DNA of 64,000 bases from Macrostomum lignano (lineage: Eukaryota): NCBI GenBank assembly GCA_002269645.1, contig NIVC01000353.1, forward strand, positions 593,877-657,876, given 5' to 3'. How positions within the stretch are numbered: position 1 is the first letter of the stretch; each line of letters starts with the position of its first letter. A model generated the notes under the pieces. It worked only from the letters and a program-made list of their open reading frames with translations. It was not told the DNA's origin and did no database searches. Below, piece after piece: positions 28,871-49,195 of this stretch. Both the position numbers and the translations under genes were made by a program.

Positions 28871-29400
28871 AAAAAAAGAAGGAAGCAGATGCGTGAGCCA
28901 GCACATTGTGTTAATATTTTTCGGCCAGTAGAATATTCTAAAAATGAGTTTTTCATCCCATAGCTTCGATGCGAATCTTATACCATCGGAAAAGTGACAC
29001 AGTACACAGGAAGAGATCAAGTAAAGGAACTGTTTTCCTAGTTTCCCAACCCCTTCCCGCAAGAGAATATCCCCAAAAACCATGTACCCGCTATTGACCT
29101 TCAGCTTCAGACCCCGCCTGTGCTGTGTCACGATCTATTATGTGTGACCAGCTCTCCATCTAATCCCATTCCCGTCTGTTGGTTGCATAAAAAACTTTTT
29201 TCCACGGCTTGTCCGGTTGGAGGGAGCCGTCTTGGACTCATTTTCCCTGCTCACGGGCAACCTCTTTTTCAATCTGCGCAAATGCGCCCTGGCACTGAGG
29301 GAGCTGACAGGAAGCCTTGCTGGGGGGGGGGGCAGAGCCGCCACAGGGTCAATATGGGCTGTTGAAATATATTCTACATATCGAGATTCTATTCTCGAGC

Positions 29401-30240
29401 TCTATCTCACCCTTTATCTCACTTACTATCTCACTCCCTATCTCCCTCCCTATCTCACTCCCTATCTCACTCTCTATCTCACTCCCTATCTCACTCCCTA
29501 TCTCAGTCTCCTTCTCATTCCTTATCTCACTCCCTATCTCACTCCCTATCTCACTCCCTATCTCACTCCCTATCTCACTCCCTATATCACTCCCTATCTC
29601 ACTCTCTATCTCACTCCCTATCTCACTCTCTATCTCACTCCCTATCTCACTCTCCTTCTCACTCTCCTTCTCGCTCACTATCTCACTCCCTATCTCACTC
29701 CCTATCTCACTCCCTATCTCACTCCCTATCTCACTCCCTATCTCACTCTCTATCTCACTCCCTATCTCACTCCCTATCTCAGTCTCCTTCTCATTCCTTA
29801 TCTCACTCCCTATCTCACTCCCTATCTCACTCCCTATCTCACTCCCTATCTCACTCCCTATATCACTCCCTATCTCACTCTCTATCTCACTCCCTATCTC
29901 ACTCTCTATCTCACTCCCTATCTCACTCTCCTTCTCACTCTCCTTCTCGCTCACTATCTCACTCCCTATCTCACTCCCTATCTCACTCCCTATCTCACTC
30001 CCTATCTCACTCCCTATCTCACTCCCTATCTCACTCCCTATCTCACTCCCTATCTCACTCCCTATCTCACTCCCTATCTCACTCCCTATCTCACTCCCTA
30101 TCTCACTCCCTATCTCACTCCCTATCTCACTCCCTATCTCACTCCCTATCTCACTCCCTATCTCACTCCCTATCTCACTACCTATCTCACTCCCTATCTC
30201 ACTCCCTATCTCGCTCTACTAGTTACTCTACATCTCACTG
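29401..30240. repeat. 12-bp minisatellite TATCTCACTCCC
   Basis: Direct inspection. Confidence 0.95.
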
Positions 30241-30727
30241 CCCTTCACGCCTCGTACTCCCTTCCTTCTCAGACCCTTCCTCATCTGTAGCCCTTAAAGC
30301 ACACTTTCTTCCTAGTTTTTTTGAGCGGAAAAAGTTTTAAAATAGTTTAATAACGCTCTCAGGTATTCATACTTCCCTATTTAATCAAAGCATTTAAACT
30401 TGCTTGCTTGAAGGCACTGACTTGAGGCCAATGTGACTCTTTCAAATTTCTATATAAGTCAGAGAGTCGGAGAGTTATGGTCCTTTGGCTTTTGATTAGG
30501 CAGAAGTTCATTCATGCATTCATCGTCCCCTACTTCGCCTCTTTCCCTTTGCTCTTCAACTCTCCCCCATACTCTCATACTTGGATATTTTATTGCATTA
30601 GGAAATTTCCATTGCCATCTATTAACTTATACAGTTTATTATATAAATGGATGAACAAACAGTAATTAAATTTCCGCTGTGATAGCAACTGTGCAGCCAC
30701 CTTCTTTACCGTGTAATGTACAGTAAC

Positions 30728-31405
30728 TGAGATTTTTATCAGTTGAGATGTTTATCATCTGAGATTTTAATCATCAGAGATGTTTATCATCTGAAATTTC
30801 GATCATCGAAGATGTTTATCAGTTGAGATGTTTATCAGTTGAGATGTTTATCAGTTGAGATGTTTATCAGTTGAGATGTTTATCAGTTGAGATGTTTATC
30901 AGTTGAGATGTTTATCAGTTGAGATGTTTATCAGTTGAGATGTTTATCAGTTGAGATGTTTATCAGTTGAGATGTTTATCAGTTGAGATGTTTATCAGTT
31001 GAGATGTTTATCAGTTGAGATGTTTATCAGTTGAGATGTTTATCAGTTGAGATGTTTATCAGTTGAGATGTTTATCAGTTGAGATGTTTATCAGTTGAGA
31101 TGTTTATCGTCTGGGAAGTTTATTATCTGAGATTTTTATCACCAGAGATGTTTATCATCGTCTGAGATGCTTATCAGTTGAGATGTTTATCGTCTGAGAT
31201 GTTTATCAGTTGAGATGTTTATCGTCTGAGATGTTTATCGTCTGAGATGTTTATCAGTTGAGATGTTGATCTTCTGGAAAGTTTATTATCTGAGATGTTT
31301 ATCACCAGAGATGTTTATCATCGTCTAAGATGTTTATCAGTTGAGATGTTTATCATCTGAGATGTTTATCGTCTGAGATGTTTATCACCTGAGATGCTTA
31401 TCAAT
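30728..31405. repeat. 16-bp minisatellite TTTATCAGTTGAGATG
   Basis: Direct inspection. Confidence 0.93.
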
Positions 31406-32182
31406 TGATTTTCTTCTCGTTGACTATCAGCCATGTTGAGTTCCCCTTTTGCGACTAACTTAACAACTGAGACTGTTACCTGCAGCTGGTCAGTTAGTTG
31501 CAAGCAGTACTATATAGGAGCTACTAATCACATAACTAATTCGTACATCACACGGCTAGTACCTTTGAGCAACTTCACAGGGTTCCTCAAAGCGCCAGCT
31601 CCGGCACTAGACCTTCTTATAACTTCAAAGCTCCGTCTGCTAGGGGATCGAGAATTGGCAAATTAAGTGCAGCATTTTTGTCAAACGGAAAAAGGAATTG
31701 GTTAAGTAGAGAGGAAGGGGGAATCTGCTGTCTTCAATACTCCCTCGTATCTCCCTCTCGCTGAGAATTTTATGAGCTTTCCCTGTTTAATCTTCTGATA
31801 TCTCCTACTGGCCGCGCTATCAAAGTCTCTGTCTGCTCTTTGAGCGACTTGCGGGACATCAAACCGAGAGGCCAAACAGGGGAGGAAGTCGAAGTTATAA
31901 AAAAATCAAGCTTCCCTGGAGAGCCGTTTGACTCTGTCGGTAGAGAACTGAGCCAATTTCGGGCCCTCCTTTGAGAACTTGACGTTGTTAAAGACAGCTG
32001 AGCTCCGTGGCCTGGCTAACCGGATTGGTACAGCCGCGACCAGCCAATGCTGCAGTGCCAAGTGGACTCGCGGCGCAAGAAATTTCAGCTAAAGCCAACC
32101 CTTGCAGACGCACTTCTTCGCGATAAGTTCTCTTACGCATGCGCTGTGTGAATCGACTCCGAACTTACAAAGATAAAGTACA

Positions 32183-32382
32183 ATGTCCTCGGGCACTGCT
32201 CCGGACCGGTGCCTCACAGAGGCGGCAGCAGTTGCTGCAGAAGAGAAATTCGGAGAGATCACGGATCTGAGGAGACAGCAGCAACAACAGCTGCAGCAGT
32301 TGCAGCAACAGCAGCACTCAGCCCAGAACTCCTGTCATGCTGTTAGGAACAAGAGCAGGAGGCACACGCTGGCCATGTCGTG
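32183..32382 (+). CDS. Candidate alternative first coding exon of PDE4 (MSSGTAPD...poly-Q...KSRRHTLAMS)
   Basis: ATG at 32183 with A at -3, and donor GTG|GTGAGA at 32383 (phase 2). TG plus C from exon 62002 gives Cys, so the join reads ...AMSCFDEN, like the CFDV junction of PDE4 long forms. Confidence 0.7.
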
Positions 32383-32781
32383 GTGAGACTTTGCCGGGTC
32401 ATTTCAAGGACTTCAAGTTGTCCCTAACCCCAGATACTTGGAAGTGCTTAGTGTACCACGGCCTGCACTGTGGCCTTACTGGTTTTTCTTCCATTTTAAT
32501 TGCATCTTAACACCGCTCCGCAAGTTTAATGCACTTTTTCTCGGGGAGGGGGTCCCGACGGAGTCACAGCGTTAGACGAGTGAATTCACGTCACGCGTGA
32601 CAAAAAATGCGTTTCCTAAAGTAAGAAGCTTAAAGCCTTCAGCGGCTGTAAAAGCAACTGTAGGATTTAATTACAGGAGGGTGGCATTAAAATGCGAACG
32701 CATCGAAGACTGCAGTTTGCAACAGCAGGCGGGCAGTCGGTATGTTAGATAATCGACAAGACAGCAGTTAGTGGGGCGGAC

Positions 32782-33349
<568 letters not shown>

Positions 33350-34589
33350 CACTGTCGTGTAAAAACAGCCTTGGCCGCAGAAGTCCAGTGAACAGCGACT
33401 CATTTTTACCTCTGGTAGGCATTACTGCCATCGATCTGGGAGCTTCTATAAAAAACAGGAAAGTCACTATTTTTCACGACTTTCCGTTACTTCTTCTTGC
33501 TTTAATGGACCAGCGTTAGTTTACAACTAGAAGCATACCTGGTTTACAACTTACTTTCTTTCTTTGAAAGCCTTCGGGTTTTAGACAATGAGACTGAAAA
33601 GCATCGAATATTAGCGAAGCTGCTGTCAATCTGGTCAAAAGTATCTGATCAGCTAGATCAAACTGCTGTCTGAGTGTGTCTGAGTGTACCGATCAACTGT
33701 ATATGCATTAGTACCTTGTTGCTATGGGGTAAAGTTGTCTTTAAAAAGAGTTCATAAAAAGCATTCTTAAAAGGCTCCGGTACCTCCCTTTGGAATGCGT
33801 CTCAAATACTGACGTAGCCTTCTTGCTTTTACCACAAATGTAAATCCACTAATTTCTAAAATTTTGCAAACTGCAAGACAAGAGCAACCTAATCTTTCAA
33901 TCCGAATTAGTATGATAAAAATATGCAATCACAGTATCTAATCCCACTACTGTCATTTTCCGGAGCTCAGTTTTGTAGCCTTGCTAAATATACGCGAGAC
34001 AATATACATCTATCTGCCCTTTCATTCTCTGTCGTCCATCCTCGTTGCAGACGGCGAGTGGCCTTTCTATCTACTAATGATTGCAGATTGCAGAGGATAA
34101 CATCAATTGCCCAAATGTATTCCATGACTTTCCGCAAAGTGCACCTGTCCTAAAAAAATAGGTTTTATTTTAGCATAGAAGAAACTTGCAGCTCAGGAAT
34201 TTCGTAGTTAGTGTAGAAGTATCTGGACGAAAGCGTGTATAGAAATATCCAAGTGAAATAATTCGGAATTCCTTATTATTCAGCTTTGAGAAATTTTCTT
34301 TAAAGGCAGGTTCAGTAAGCGAGCGCGCAAATTAAGATGAAAGTCCGTCTGAGACGTGAAATTCGATGCAATGCTAGCATTTACGAGTTGGAACAATCTG
34401 GTTTAAACTTAAACAAAATACTTTTCAAGAAGTAGACACGACTTACCTGTTGCGCAGTAGACAGAGGCGCGCACCAGCAAACTCCAAGCCCCTCTTTCTG
34501 TATCGACATTTATAACTGGCCTACCGATAATACCGAAAGAGACGACCAAAAAAGTAGAAAGCCACACTCGCTAATCTTAACATAAGTAT

Positions 34590-35974
34590 AAATTCATATT
34601 AAACCTCCACAGAAATCGATATTAGACCTAAACCTCCACAGAAATCGATATTAGACCTAAAACTCCATAGAAATCGATATTAAACATCCACAGAAATCCA
34701 TATTAAACATCCACAGAAATCCATATTAAACATCCACAGAAATCCATATTAAACATCCACAGAAATGCATATTAAACATCCACAGAAATCCATATTAAAC
34801 ATCCACAGAAATGCATATTAAACATCCGCAGAAATCCATAATAAACCTTCACAGAAATCCTAAACTAAACATCCACAGATATCCATATTAAACATCCACA
34901 GAAATCGATATTAGACCTAACCCATCCACAGAAATCCATATTAAACATCCACAGAAATCGATATTAACAATTCACAGAAATCCATATTAAACATCCACAG
35001 AAATCCATATTAAACATCCGCAGAAATCCATATTAAACATCCACAGAAATCCATATTAAACATCCACAGAAATCGATATTAAACATCCACACAAATCCAT
35101 ATTAAACATCCACAGAAATCCATATTAAACATCCGCAGAAATCCATATTAAACATCCACAGAAATCCATATTAAACATCCACAGAAATCCATATTAAACA
35201 TCCACAGAAATCGATATTAACAATTCACAGAAATCCATATTAAACATCCACAGAAATCCATATTAAACATCCGCAGAAATCCATATTAAACATCCACAGA
35301 AATCCATATTAAACGTCCGCAGAAATCCATATTAAACATCCACAGAAATCCATATTAAACATCCACAGAAATGCATATTAAACATCCACAGAAATCCATA
35401 TTAAACGTTCACAGAAATCCATATTAAACATCCACAGAAATCCATATTAAACATCCACAGAAATCGATATTAAACATCCACACAAATCCATATTAAACAT
35501 CCACAGAAATCCATATTAAACATCCGCAGAAATCCATATTAAACATCCACAGAAATCCATATTAAACATCCACAGAAATCCATATTAAACATCCACAGAA
35601 ATCGATATTAACAATTCACAGAAATCCATATTAAACATCCACAGAAATCCATATTAAACATCCGCAGAAATCCATATTAAACATCCACAGAAATCCATAT
35701 TAAACGTCCGCAGAAATCCATATTAAACATCCACAGAAATCCATATTAAACATCCACAGAAATGCATATTAAACATCCACAGAAATCCATATTAAACGTT
35801 CACAGAAATCCATATTAAACATCCACAGAAATCCATATTAAACATCCACAGAAATCCATATTAAACATCCACAGAAATCCATATTAAACGTTCACAGAAA
35901 TCCATATTAAACATCCACAGAAATCCATATTAAACATCCACAGAAATCCATATTAAACGTTCACAGAAATCCAT
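34590..35974. repeat. 23-bp minisatellite AAACATCCACAGAAATCCATATT
   Basis: Direct inspection. Confidence 0.95.
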
Positions 35975-36663
35975 TTGTCTCCAGATAAGCAGCAAAGATT
36001 TTTTCAAAACTTTCTTATTCTTTCGTTTTAACTCTGCTACTTACAGTAGTTTAATGAAAATGCAGCAGTACTTTTGAAAACAATTTTCTATTTGGGTTGT
36101 TTTGCCATGTAGAGGCGCGAATGCCTGTGCATGCAGCCTGTGTTGTCTTATCTCAAACATGTGCTTCGGCACTTAGTTAAACATCCGATTAAATCTGTGT
36201 TAGTGCATTTAGGCTGATTTAGCGGCAACACTCCAGTATAAGCAAGTAGAGATAAGCCAAATTTGCCCTGAAAATCTGTGCATAATATGTGTTTAGCAAT
36301 CTCTATCTGCTGCCTTTTGGACTCAAACCTCCAGCCCCCAGTTAACTCAGCTTACCTGATTTCAATATCAAAGCTTTTCTCTGACAAGAAACTGTGAATA
36401 ACCTGAAATGATTCGCACCACCGTGTCAGTGCAGAATTCGGTTGCTAATGGAAATGCAATAGTACATTTTAAATAGCCAGTTTCAGTAATTAGCACCTCT
36501 ACTGGCTTTTTGTTTGTCCTGCTGCTCTGGTTCGCGTTTTCAGGAAATCATGCAGAAAGAGGGGGCCGTACTTTGCTGTTTTCTGTTTGCTTTTTGGCGT
36601 TGCGCTTGAGCTTAGTGCGTCAGCTCCAGTAGTGTGCAACTGTGAGTGGGGCCTGCAGCACTA

Positions 36664-37079
<416 letters not shown>

Positions 37080-37670
37080 TGATTTACTTTTTAGATCCAA
37101 GTGTCTATTTCAAGTTTTATTAGCTTTCTATAACTTGTCCTTCAATCTACTAACTTCCCTTCTACATGTACAATACAGTGTTTATCTGTCTGATTAAGTC
37201 AATTAGCAATGTCCACTTTGGACAGCCCTTCAAACAAGTGGATAAATGCTGTAGTATACTAGGCGCATTGTTGTTGGGCACATTTCCAATCTCCGAGGCC
37301 GCAGTCCATCGCAGTCGGAACACCCTGAACGAGCTGCTTGTTTGCCTCAGCAAAACAGTTTGCAGCCGCCCAGACCGCCAGCCTAATTGAAGTCACGTGA
37401 GTCCCCGCCTCTCCCGTGTGCGCTGTGCTCTTCCTGCGCTTTTTAGTTTAGTCTGGGGCATCGGATTTCGTTCCAAAACACAATTTAGTACGAATACGAC
37501 GCAATGGCTTGTTTCCGAAGGTAGAAAAGCAGAAACTGCACTTATTTTGAAGGCAAAGGCCCTTCCACCCGAAGAACTTTTAATAGCAGAATTATATCGC
37601 ATTGTATCCAATTTCACATCTCTAGTTAAAGTCCGTGAGAGAATGAAAATTGATAATTAATTGTTTCTGG

Positions 37671-38613
37671 TAGATTCACAGGATGAGAGATTCACAGGCT
37701 GAGAGATTCACAGGCTGAGAGATTCACAGGATGAGAGATTCACAGGCTGAGAGATTCACAGGATGAGAGATTCACAGGATGAGAGATTCACAGGATGAGA
37801 GATTCACAGGATGAGAGATTCATTGGATCAGAGATTCACAGGATGAGAGATTCACAGGCTGAGAGATTCATTGGATCAGAGATTCACAGACTGAGAGATT
37901 CACAGGATGAGAGATTCACAGGATGAGAGATTCACAGGATGAGAGATTCATTGGATCAGAGATTTACAGGATGAGAGATTCACAGGCTGAGAGATTCACA
38001 GGATGAGAGATTCACAGGCTGAAAGATTCACAGGATGAGAGATTCACAGGATGAGAGATTCATTGGATCAGAGATTCACAGGCTGAGAGATTCACAGGAT
38101 GAGAGATTCACAGGATGAGAGATTCACAGGATGAGAGATTCATTGGATCAGAGATTTACAGGATGAGAGATTCACAGGATGAGAGATTCACAGGATGAGA
38201 GATTCACATGATGAGAGATTCACAGGATGAGAGATTCACTGGATCAGAGATTTACTGGATGAGAGATTCACGCGGTTTGAGATTCACACGGTGAGAGATT
38301 CACACGGTGAGAGACTCACATGGTGAGAGACTCACACGATGAGAGATTCACACGGTGAGAGATTCACACTGTGAGAATCACAGTGATTCACACGGTAAGA
38401 GATTCAAACGGTGAGAGATTCACACGGGGAGAGATTCACACGGTAAGAGATTCACACTGTGATAGATTCACACGGTGAGAGATTCACACGGTGAGAGATT
38501 CACACGGTGAGAGATTCACATGGTGAGAGATTCACACGGTGAGAGATTCACACTGTGAGAGATTCACACGGTGAGAGATTCACACGGTGAGAGACTCACA
38601 GGTTGAGACTCAC
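37671..38613. repeat. 16-bp minisatellite GAGATTCACAGGATGA grading into GAGATTCACACGGTGA
   Basis: Direct inspection. Confidence 0.93.
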
Positions 38614-39118
38614 AAAAGAGAGATTCCAATAGGAGTTCCCAATAGTCGAAATCAGATGGAAACTGATGAACTGAATCGAAGCGAATCCGTCACCAACAAA
38701 ACCAATGTGAAGTGAACTCTCGGAGCTGGACTGTAATGAGGGAGGGGGTTGGCCGTTCGTGTACGTTTAGGCTGCTTCCACAGCTAGCTGGGGGCTGATT
38801 GGTCCCCAGAAGCCCTAAGTCAGCAGACCCTCTGCTTCATTTTGCTTTCCTCCCCTGTTTCGGGGGCGGCTGAAGCGGCCCCCATACGGCAGAGCTGAGC
38901 GAGCGCACGTGTGGTGAGTCACCACCCCTATCCCAGAGAGGCACAGTTAGAGACACAACAGACAGAAAAAAATGCTTACATAAAACCCCCAGCCCGGAGA
39001 GAATAAAGGTATTATAACTTAACTAGCGCAGACACGTTTTACTACAGGTAGAATAAAATCTTGAAGTCCGATACAATAAAAAAAGTAGAGAAAAAGTGCA
39101 AATTAGAAGCAGCCCCAA

Positions 39119-39444
39119 ATGCTAATGGCTTCGTTCACGGTGCCACAGCTGCAGTTCTCCTTAGTGACTGATCGCGATCCTCAGCATCAGTCAAATCAGC
39201 TGCCGCAGCATCTGCTGCAGCCGCATCTGCACTATCATCAGCATCATCACCATCTACACCAGCAGTGCAGTCGGGCGGCGCTTCGAGTGCACTTTGATAG
39301 TCAGCAGCAGCAGCAGCAGCAAGTGCAGGAGTCGAATCCGAATCTGCTGCAGGTCACCGCCTGCGCTCCGGGACGGGGCCACCAGCACCATCAGAAGTCC
39401 CTGCACAGCTACTTGAATAGAAGGCGGCACTCGTGCAATACCTG
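39119..39444 (+). CDS. Candidate alternative first coding exon of PDE4 (His/Gln-rich, ends NRRRHSCNT)
   Basis: ATGs at 39119 and 39125, and donor CTG|GTAGGA at 39445 (phase 2). The join reads RRRHSCNTCFDEN, resembling RRHSWICFDVDNG of vertebrate PDE4D3. Confidence 0.72.
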
Positions 39445-39455
39445 GTAGGAAAATT

Positions 39456-41302
39456 ATGAGAATCTCTTCTTTTACAATCATGAGAATCTCTTCTTTAACA
39501 ATCATGAGAATCTCTTCTTTAACAATCATAAGAATCTCTTCTTTGACAATCATGAGAATCTCTTCTTTGACAATCATGAGAATCTCTTCTTTGAAAATCA
39601 TGAGAATCTCTTCTTTGAAAATCATGAGAATCTCTTCTTTTACAATCATGAGAATCTCTTCTTTTACAATCATGAGAACCTCTTCTTTTACAATCATGAG
39701 AATCTCTTCTTTGACAATCATGAGAATCTCTTCTTTGATAGTCATGAGAATCTCCTCTTTGATAGTCATGAGAATCTCTTCTTTGATAGTTATGAGAATC
39801 TCTTCTTTGATAGTCATGAGAATCTCTTCTTTGATAGTTATGAGAATCTCTTCTTTGATAGTTATGAGAATCTCCTCTTTGACAATCGTGAGAATCTCTT
39901 CTTTGATCATCATGAGAATCTCCTCTTTGACTGACATGAGAATCTCTTCTTTGTCAGTCATGAGAATCTCCTCTTTGATAGTCATGAGAATCTCCTCTTT
40001 GACAATCATGAGAATCTCCTCTTTGTCAGTCATGAGAATCTCCTCTTTGATAGTCATGAGAATCTCTACTTTGATAGTCATGAGAATCTCTTTTTTGATT
40101 GTCATGAGAATCTCTTCTTTGACAATCGTGACACTCTCTTCTTTGACAATCGTGAGAATCTCTTCTTTGACAATCATGAGAATCTCTTCTTTGACAATCA
40201 TGAGAATCTCTTCTTTGACAGTCATGAGAATCTCTTCTTTGACAGTCATGAGAATCTCTTCGTTGATAGTCATGAGAATTTCTTCTTTGATAGTCATGAG
40301 AATCTCCTCTTTGATAGCCATGAGAATCTCTTCTTTGACAGTCATGAGAATCTCTTCGTTGATAGTCATGAGAATTTCTTCTTTGATAGTCATGAGAATC
40401 TCCTCTTTGATAGCCATGAGAATCTCTTCTTTGACAGTCATGAGAATCTCTTCTTTGATAGTCATGAGAATCTCTTCTTTGATAGTCATGAGAATCTCCT
40501 CTTTGATAGTCATGAGAATCTCCTCTTTGATAGCCATGAGAATCTCTTCTTTGACAGTCATGAGAATCTCTTCTTTGATAGTCATGAGAATCTCTTCTTT
40601 GATAGTCATGAGAATCTCTTCTTTGATAGTCATGAGAATCTCTTCTTTGACAGTCATGAGAATCTCTTCTTTGATAGCCATGAGAATCTCTTCTTTGACA
40701 GTCATGAGAATCTCTTCTTTGATAGTCATGAGAATCTCTTCTTTGCTAGTCATGAGAATCTCCTCTTTGATAGTCATGAGAATCTCTTCTTTGCTAGTCA
40801 TGAGAATCTCCTCTTTGATAGTCATGAGAATCTCTTCTTTGATAGTCATGAGAATCTCTTCTTTGACAATCATGAGAATCTCTTCTTTGATAGTCATGAG
40901 AATCTCCTCTTTGATAGTCATGAGAATCTCTTCTTTGCTAGTCATGAGAATCTCCTCTTTGATAGTCATGAGAATCTCTTCTTTGCTAGTCATGAGAATC
41001 TCCTCTTTGATAGTCATGAGAATCTCTTCTTTGATAGTCATGAGAATCTCTTCTTTGACAATCATGAGAATCTCTTCTTTGATAGTCATGAGAATCTCCT
41101 CTTTGATAGTCATGAGAATCTCTTCTTTGATAGTCATGAGAATCTCTTCTTTGCTAGTCATGAGAATCTCCTCTTTGATAGTCATGAGAATCTCTTCTTT
41201 GATAGTCATGAGAATCTCTTCTTTGACAATCATGAGAATCTCTTCTTTGACAATCGTGAGAATCTCTTCTTTGATATTTATGAGAGTATTTTCTTTGACA
41301 AT
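39456..41302. repeat. 24-bp minisatellite CATGAGAATCTCTTCTTTGATAGT
   Basis: Direct inspection. Confidence 0.96.
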
Positions 41303-41786
41303 GCATCTGAAATTCCTTTCAAAAGTCGGCAATGCCTCAAAGCCTCAGTTATAAATACACAGATACATACTATACACAGCACGAGGATTTGGCGTCCACC
41401 TGAGACTCTAGTCTGACAAACTACGTCAATTCCACCTTGCACTGGCTAATTTTAGCAGCCGATGAAGACTTACATGCTGCTGGAATTATACATTACAAAC
41501 ATTATGCCCTGGCCCAGACCTGCGCCTGACTTTGCAGTGCAGTAAAATTCTTTCAACCCAATTGGCCTTATAATATAGGCTTTTAATAAGGCCAACCATT
41601 GACTAAGGCATCGCACCTGAACCGGATGCGATGCTATGAAGCTGGCAGGTGTACGCAGCGTGTACAACCATGTACCCAGTGCTGAGTGGAACTTCTGCCC
41701 ACATTATTAGAGCTAGCCATATAGAGTTTAGTGACCGGGAAAGTAGAAGAGTATGTCCATTCGTGCTCTTGGTTATAGTTACTTAA

Positions 41787-42716
41787 CTCACACATTTCTG
41801 ATCTAGATTCACACATTTCTGATCCAGACTCACACGTTTCTGATCCAGACTCACACGTTTCTGATCCAGATTCACACAATTCTGATCCAGATTCCAGACT
41901 CACACATTTCTGATACAGATTCACACATTTCTGATACAGACTCACACATTACTCATCCAGATTCACACAATACTGATCCAGATTCACACATTTCTGATCC
42001 AGAGTCCAGACTCACACATTTCTGATCCAGATTCACACATTTCTGATCCAGACTCACACATTTCTGATACAGACTCACACATTTCTGATACAGACTCACA
42101 CATTTCTCATCCAGATTCACACAATACTGATCCAGATTCACACATTTCTCATCCAGATTCACACATTTCTGATCCAGATTCACACATTTCTGATCAAGAC
42201 TCACACATTTCTGATCCAGATTCACACATTTCTGATCAAGACTCACACATTTCTGATACAGACTCACACATTTCTGATACAGACTCACACATTACTCATC
42301 CAGATTCACACAATACTGATCCAGATTCACACATTTCTGATCCAGAGTCCAGACTCACACATTTCTGATCCAGATTCACACATTTCTGATCAAGATTCAC
42401 ACATTTCTCATCCAGATTCACACATTTCTCATACAGACGCACAAATTTCTGATCCAGATTCACACATTTCTGATTCAGATTCACACATTTCTGATCCAGA
42501 CTCACACATTTCTGATACAGACTCACACATTTCTGATACAGACTCACACATTTCTGATACAGACTCACACATTTCTGATACAGACTCACACATTTCTCAT
42601 CCAGATTTACACAATACTGATCCAGATTTACACATTTCTGATCCAGATTCACACATTTCTGATCAAGATTCACACATTTCTGATCCAGACTTACACATTT
42701 CTAAACCCGATTCACA
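41787..42716. repeat. 21-bp minisatellite CACATTTCTGATCCAGATTCA
   Basis: Direct inspection. Confidence 0.94.
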
Positions 42717-45135
42717 ACATTCCAAATCCACATTCCAATGTTATCATTTATTTCATGCAACCAGTTTTACTCCTAAAGCAACATTTACATAAAATATCCC
42801 GTTGAACTTTTGGTTTTAATCAAAAGCGCGAGTGCAATATAATTTCAACAAAAATCAGATTTCACATAGCAGGAGACTGACTGTTGTACTGTTAACTGTC
42901 TAGAAATATCCCATGGGAATCCATTGAATTTTATAGAGGAGTTAGCTATGGATTTGAGTGAACTTTTGCATAAACCAATCTTCCCATGTTTAAGTTTATG
43001 AATTTTAGTTTTTAACAGACAGCGAAATATGAGTGTATAAAATTCTTATCACAGAGGAATATAACATTCCAATTTGTTAATCTGCATGATACTGTCGTGC
43101 CTCGTGCCCTTAGTTTTTTTTCGGAAGAAGTATAAATTAATTCCCGGGATGGCCCAGGCAATAGTCTATGGCCGTCATTTAACTGGCAGGGCCAAGAAGT
43201 AAGCAACATCTACCGGGCCATTAAGTGCTATAAGGCAAAATTTCTGGAGCCACAGAGGCGTCTCTACACCGTCCACAGCCAGAGCCGCTTCATTGACGTA
43301 GGAAGTCACGCTCGTAGTACGACGTTGCAGGCTAACAGATATGCCAATGTAGGTTCAATGGCACTACTAAAATTACCTGTAATTCGACAAATATCTGCGC
43401 GTCCAATGCCAGTCGGGTTGCAGCTGTCTTAAGCAAGCTCTGGTTCGTTTGCTGTCCAGAATATTCGGTCAGCGCCTTAGACATCAGGTTGCACACGAGT
43501 CCCGGCCAAAGAATAAAGAACAAAGACAACTTTCAGGATAGATTTCAAGGCGTACTGGGGGAATTGCTGAGATTGCTTGCTTTTGGTGGATGTTTGCTAT
43601 TTGGAGATGCTTGTTATTGGGGGGATGCTTGCTATTTATGGATATTTTATATCGGGGATGCTTTCTACCGGAGCATGCGTACTATCTGGGGGATGTCGTA
43701 ATCAAATTCTGAATAAGAAAGAGATCAAATATTGCTTGAGTGGAAATTTTCATGATAAAGACAGCCTCGTACATATTTTTTTGTGTGGAACAACCGATTG
43801 ATGGAGTGAGGATAGCAAGACCCAACGGAGGTTGGAAATAGCTAGTATTAATCAAATTTTCTATTTTTAATTTTAATATTCTAACTTGAATATTTTTATT
43901 AATCTAATCTTATTTTTAGTTTCAATCCAAGTTTATTTCAGTTCTCCACCCAATCCAGACTGTTTAATATTAGTCCTCCATGTCTAACCATCCAGAGGTC
44001 CTCGTGCCGCTCAGAACGTTAGGGCGAGTGTTTTATGCAATTTATAATTCTCACGCCGTAGCACTGACTGGATTTGAATCATCCAACCTGTGTCCCCAGT
44101 TATTTTCCCTAATTCTCCCCACATCGCGACGTCAGGATATTGTTGGTTGATGCCAGAAGGGAAGAGAGAGAGGAAAAAGGAAGCACCATTATCAAGGCAA
44201 ACTCCAGTTACCAAAGCTACATAATAAAACCATGCATGGATATTTGCGCGGAATATTTGGACTGTAGGCTGAAACAATGCCACTTAAAATGTTTCTGAAT
44301 TGCCTTCTCTGTCCCCACACTCTAGTTATACACCTACCTCTCCGCTAGCAGCACTATAGCTAGCCGCGAGTGTTTGGCTGCACGGCTGGTGTACTTTTCT
44401 TCCATAAAAACGTTTTACAACAATTCCAATGAAAACGGCCAGTCTATGCAACGTGGGTGGGTGGGCGTGTGTGTCAAGATCGAGCCATTGCGCTGAAAAA
44501 ATCAGCACGACTCAGACAGTGAGGCGTAGTTAGCTAGGGTAAATGACGCAAGTCAAAAACTCCCAAGATTGGGTGGGTGGAGAAACTTATTGGGAGAATT
44601 TTCCCGCCAAATCAATTGGTGCTCAAAGGCATTCTTGCCTGTCCACGTCAATAAAGCCCCATGCGCACTGTTGCGTTATACTGAGTGTAGGAGAGCGGGA
44701 TTACGGCTAGCCGCAGCAAACGTAAACTTTTATAATCGGGTTCTGTCTCACGGCTTTACAAAATTTAATTTGCGCACATCACCGCTCACGCACACGTGGC
44801 CTACCTACCTAGCTACTGGAATGAAATACCTATAGTTAAGTAAACTGGCAGCTAGGCAGGGAAAAAGATCTACTGCAGGGTGAAGAAAGAGGGCGTCCTT
44901 CTCGAAACTGCCGTAAGTTCTATGGTAATTTCAGTCGCAAATATTCGGCATATTCTCTCAGCAATCTTCTCCCATCAGGCCTTCCTTAGCTCGTACGCCT
45001 TCGCATTTCGGCCAACTCCTCCTGCAATTCTCTGCAGACAAGAAGTTTGGCCACCAACACGGTATCAACTGGGGACAGATTTGATTTACCACATAAACTT
45101 ACGACAGCCTCTGATTAGATGCAACTTTGCCATCA

Positions 45136-49136
<4,001 letters not shown>

Positions 49137-49195
49137 ATGCGAAATGAAACACGCACACAGTTGAAGCAAATTCACAATTTCATTAATTCTAAGAA

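Noticed and set aside
39254-41354. 692-aa KEEILMTI and 632-aa MRISSLIV repeat ORFs
   Set aside because: The 24-bp tandem unit is open on both strands and starts right after a splice donor, so these are intronic minisatellite artefacts.
44879-44918. Strong donor GTAAGT at 44913 preceded by RKRASFSKLP in a phase-2 frame
   Set aside because: There is an in-frame TGA at 44881 and no start codon or compatible acceptor. It cannot be supported without transcript data.
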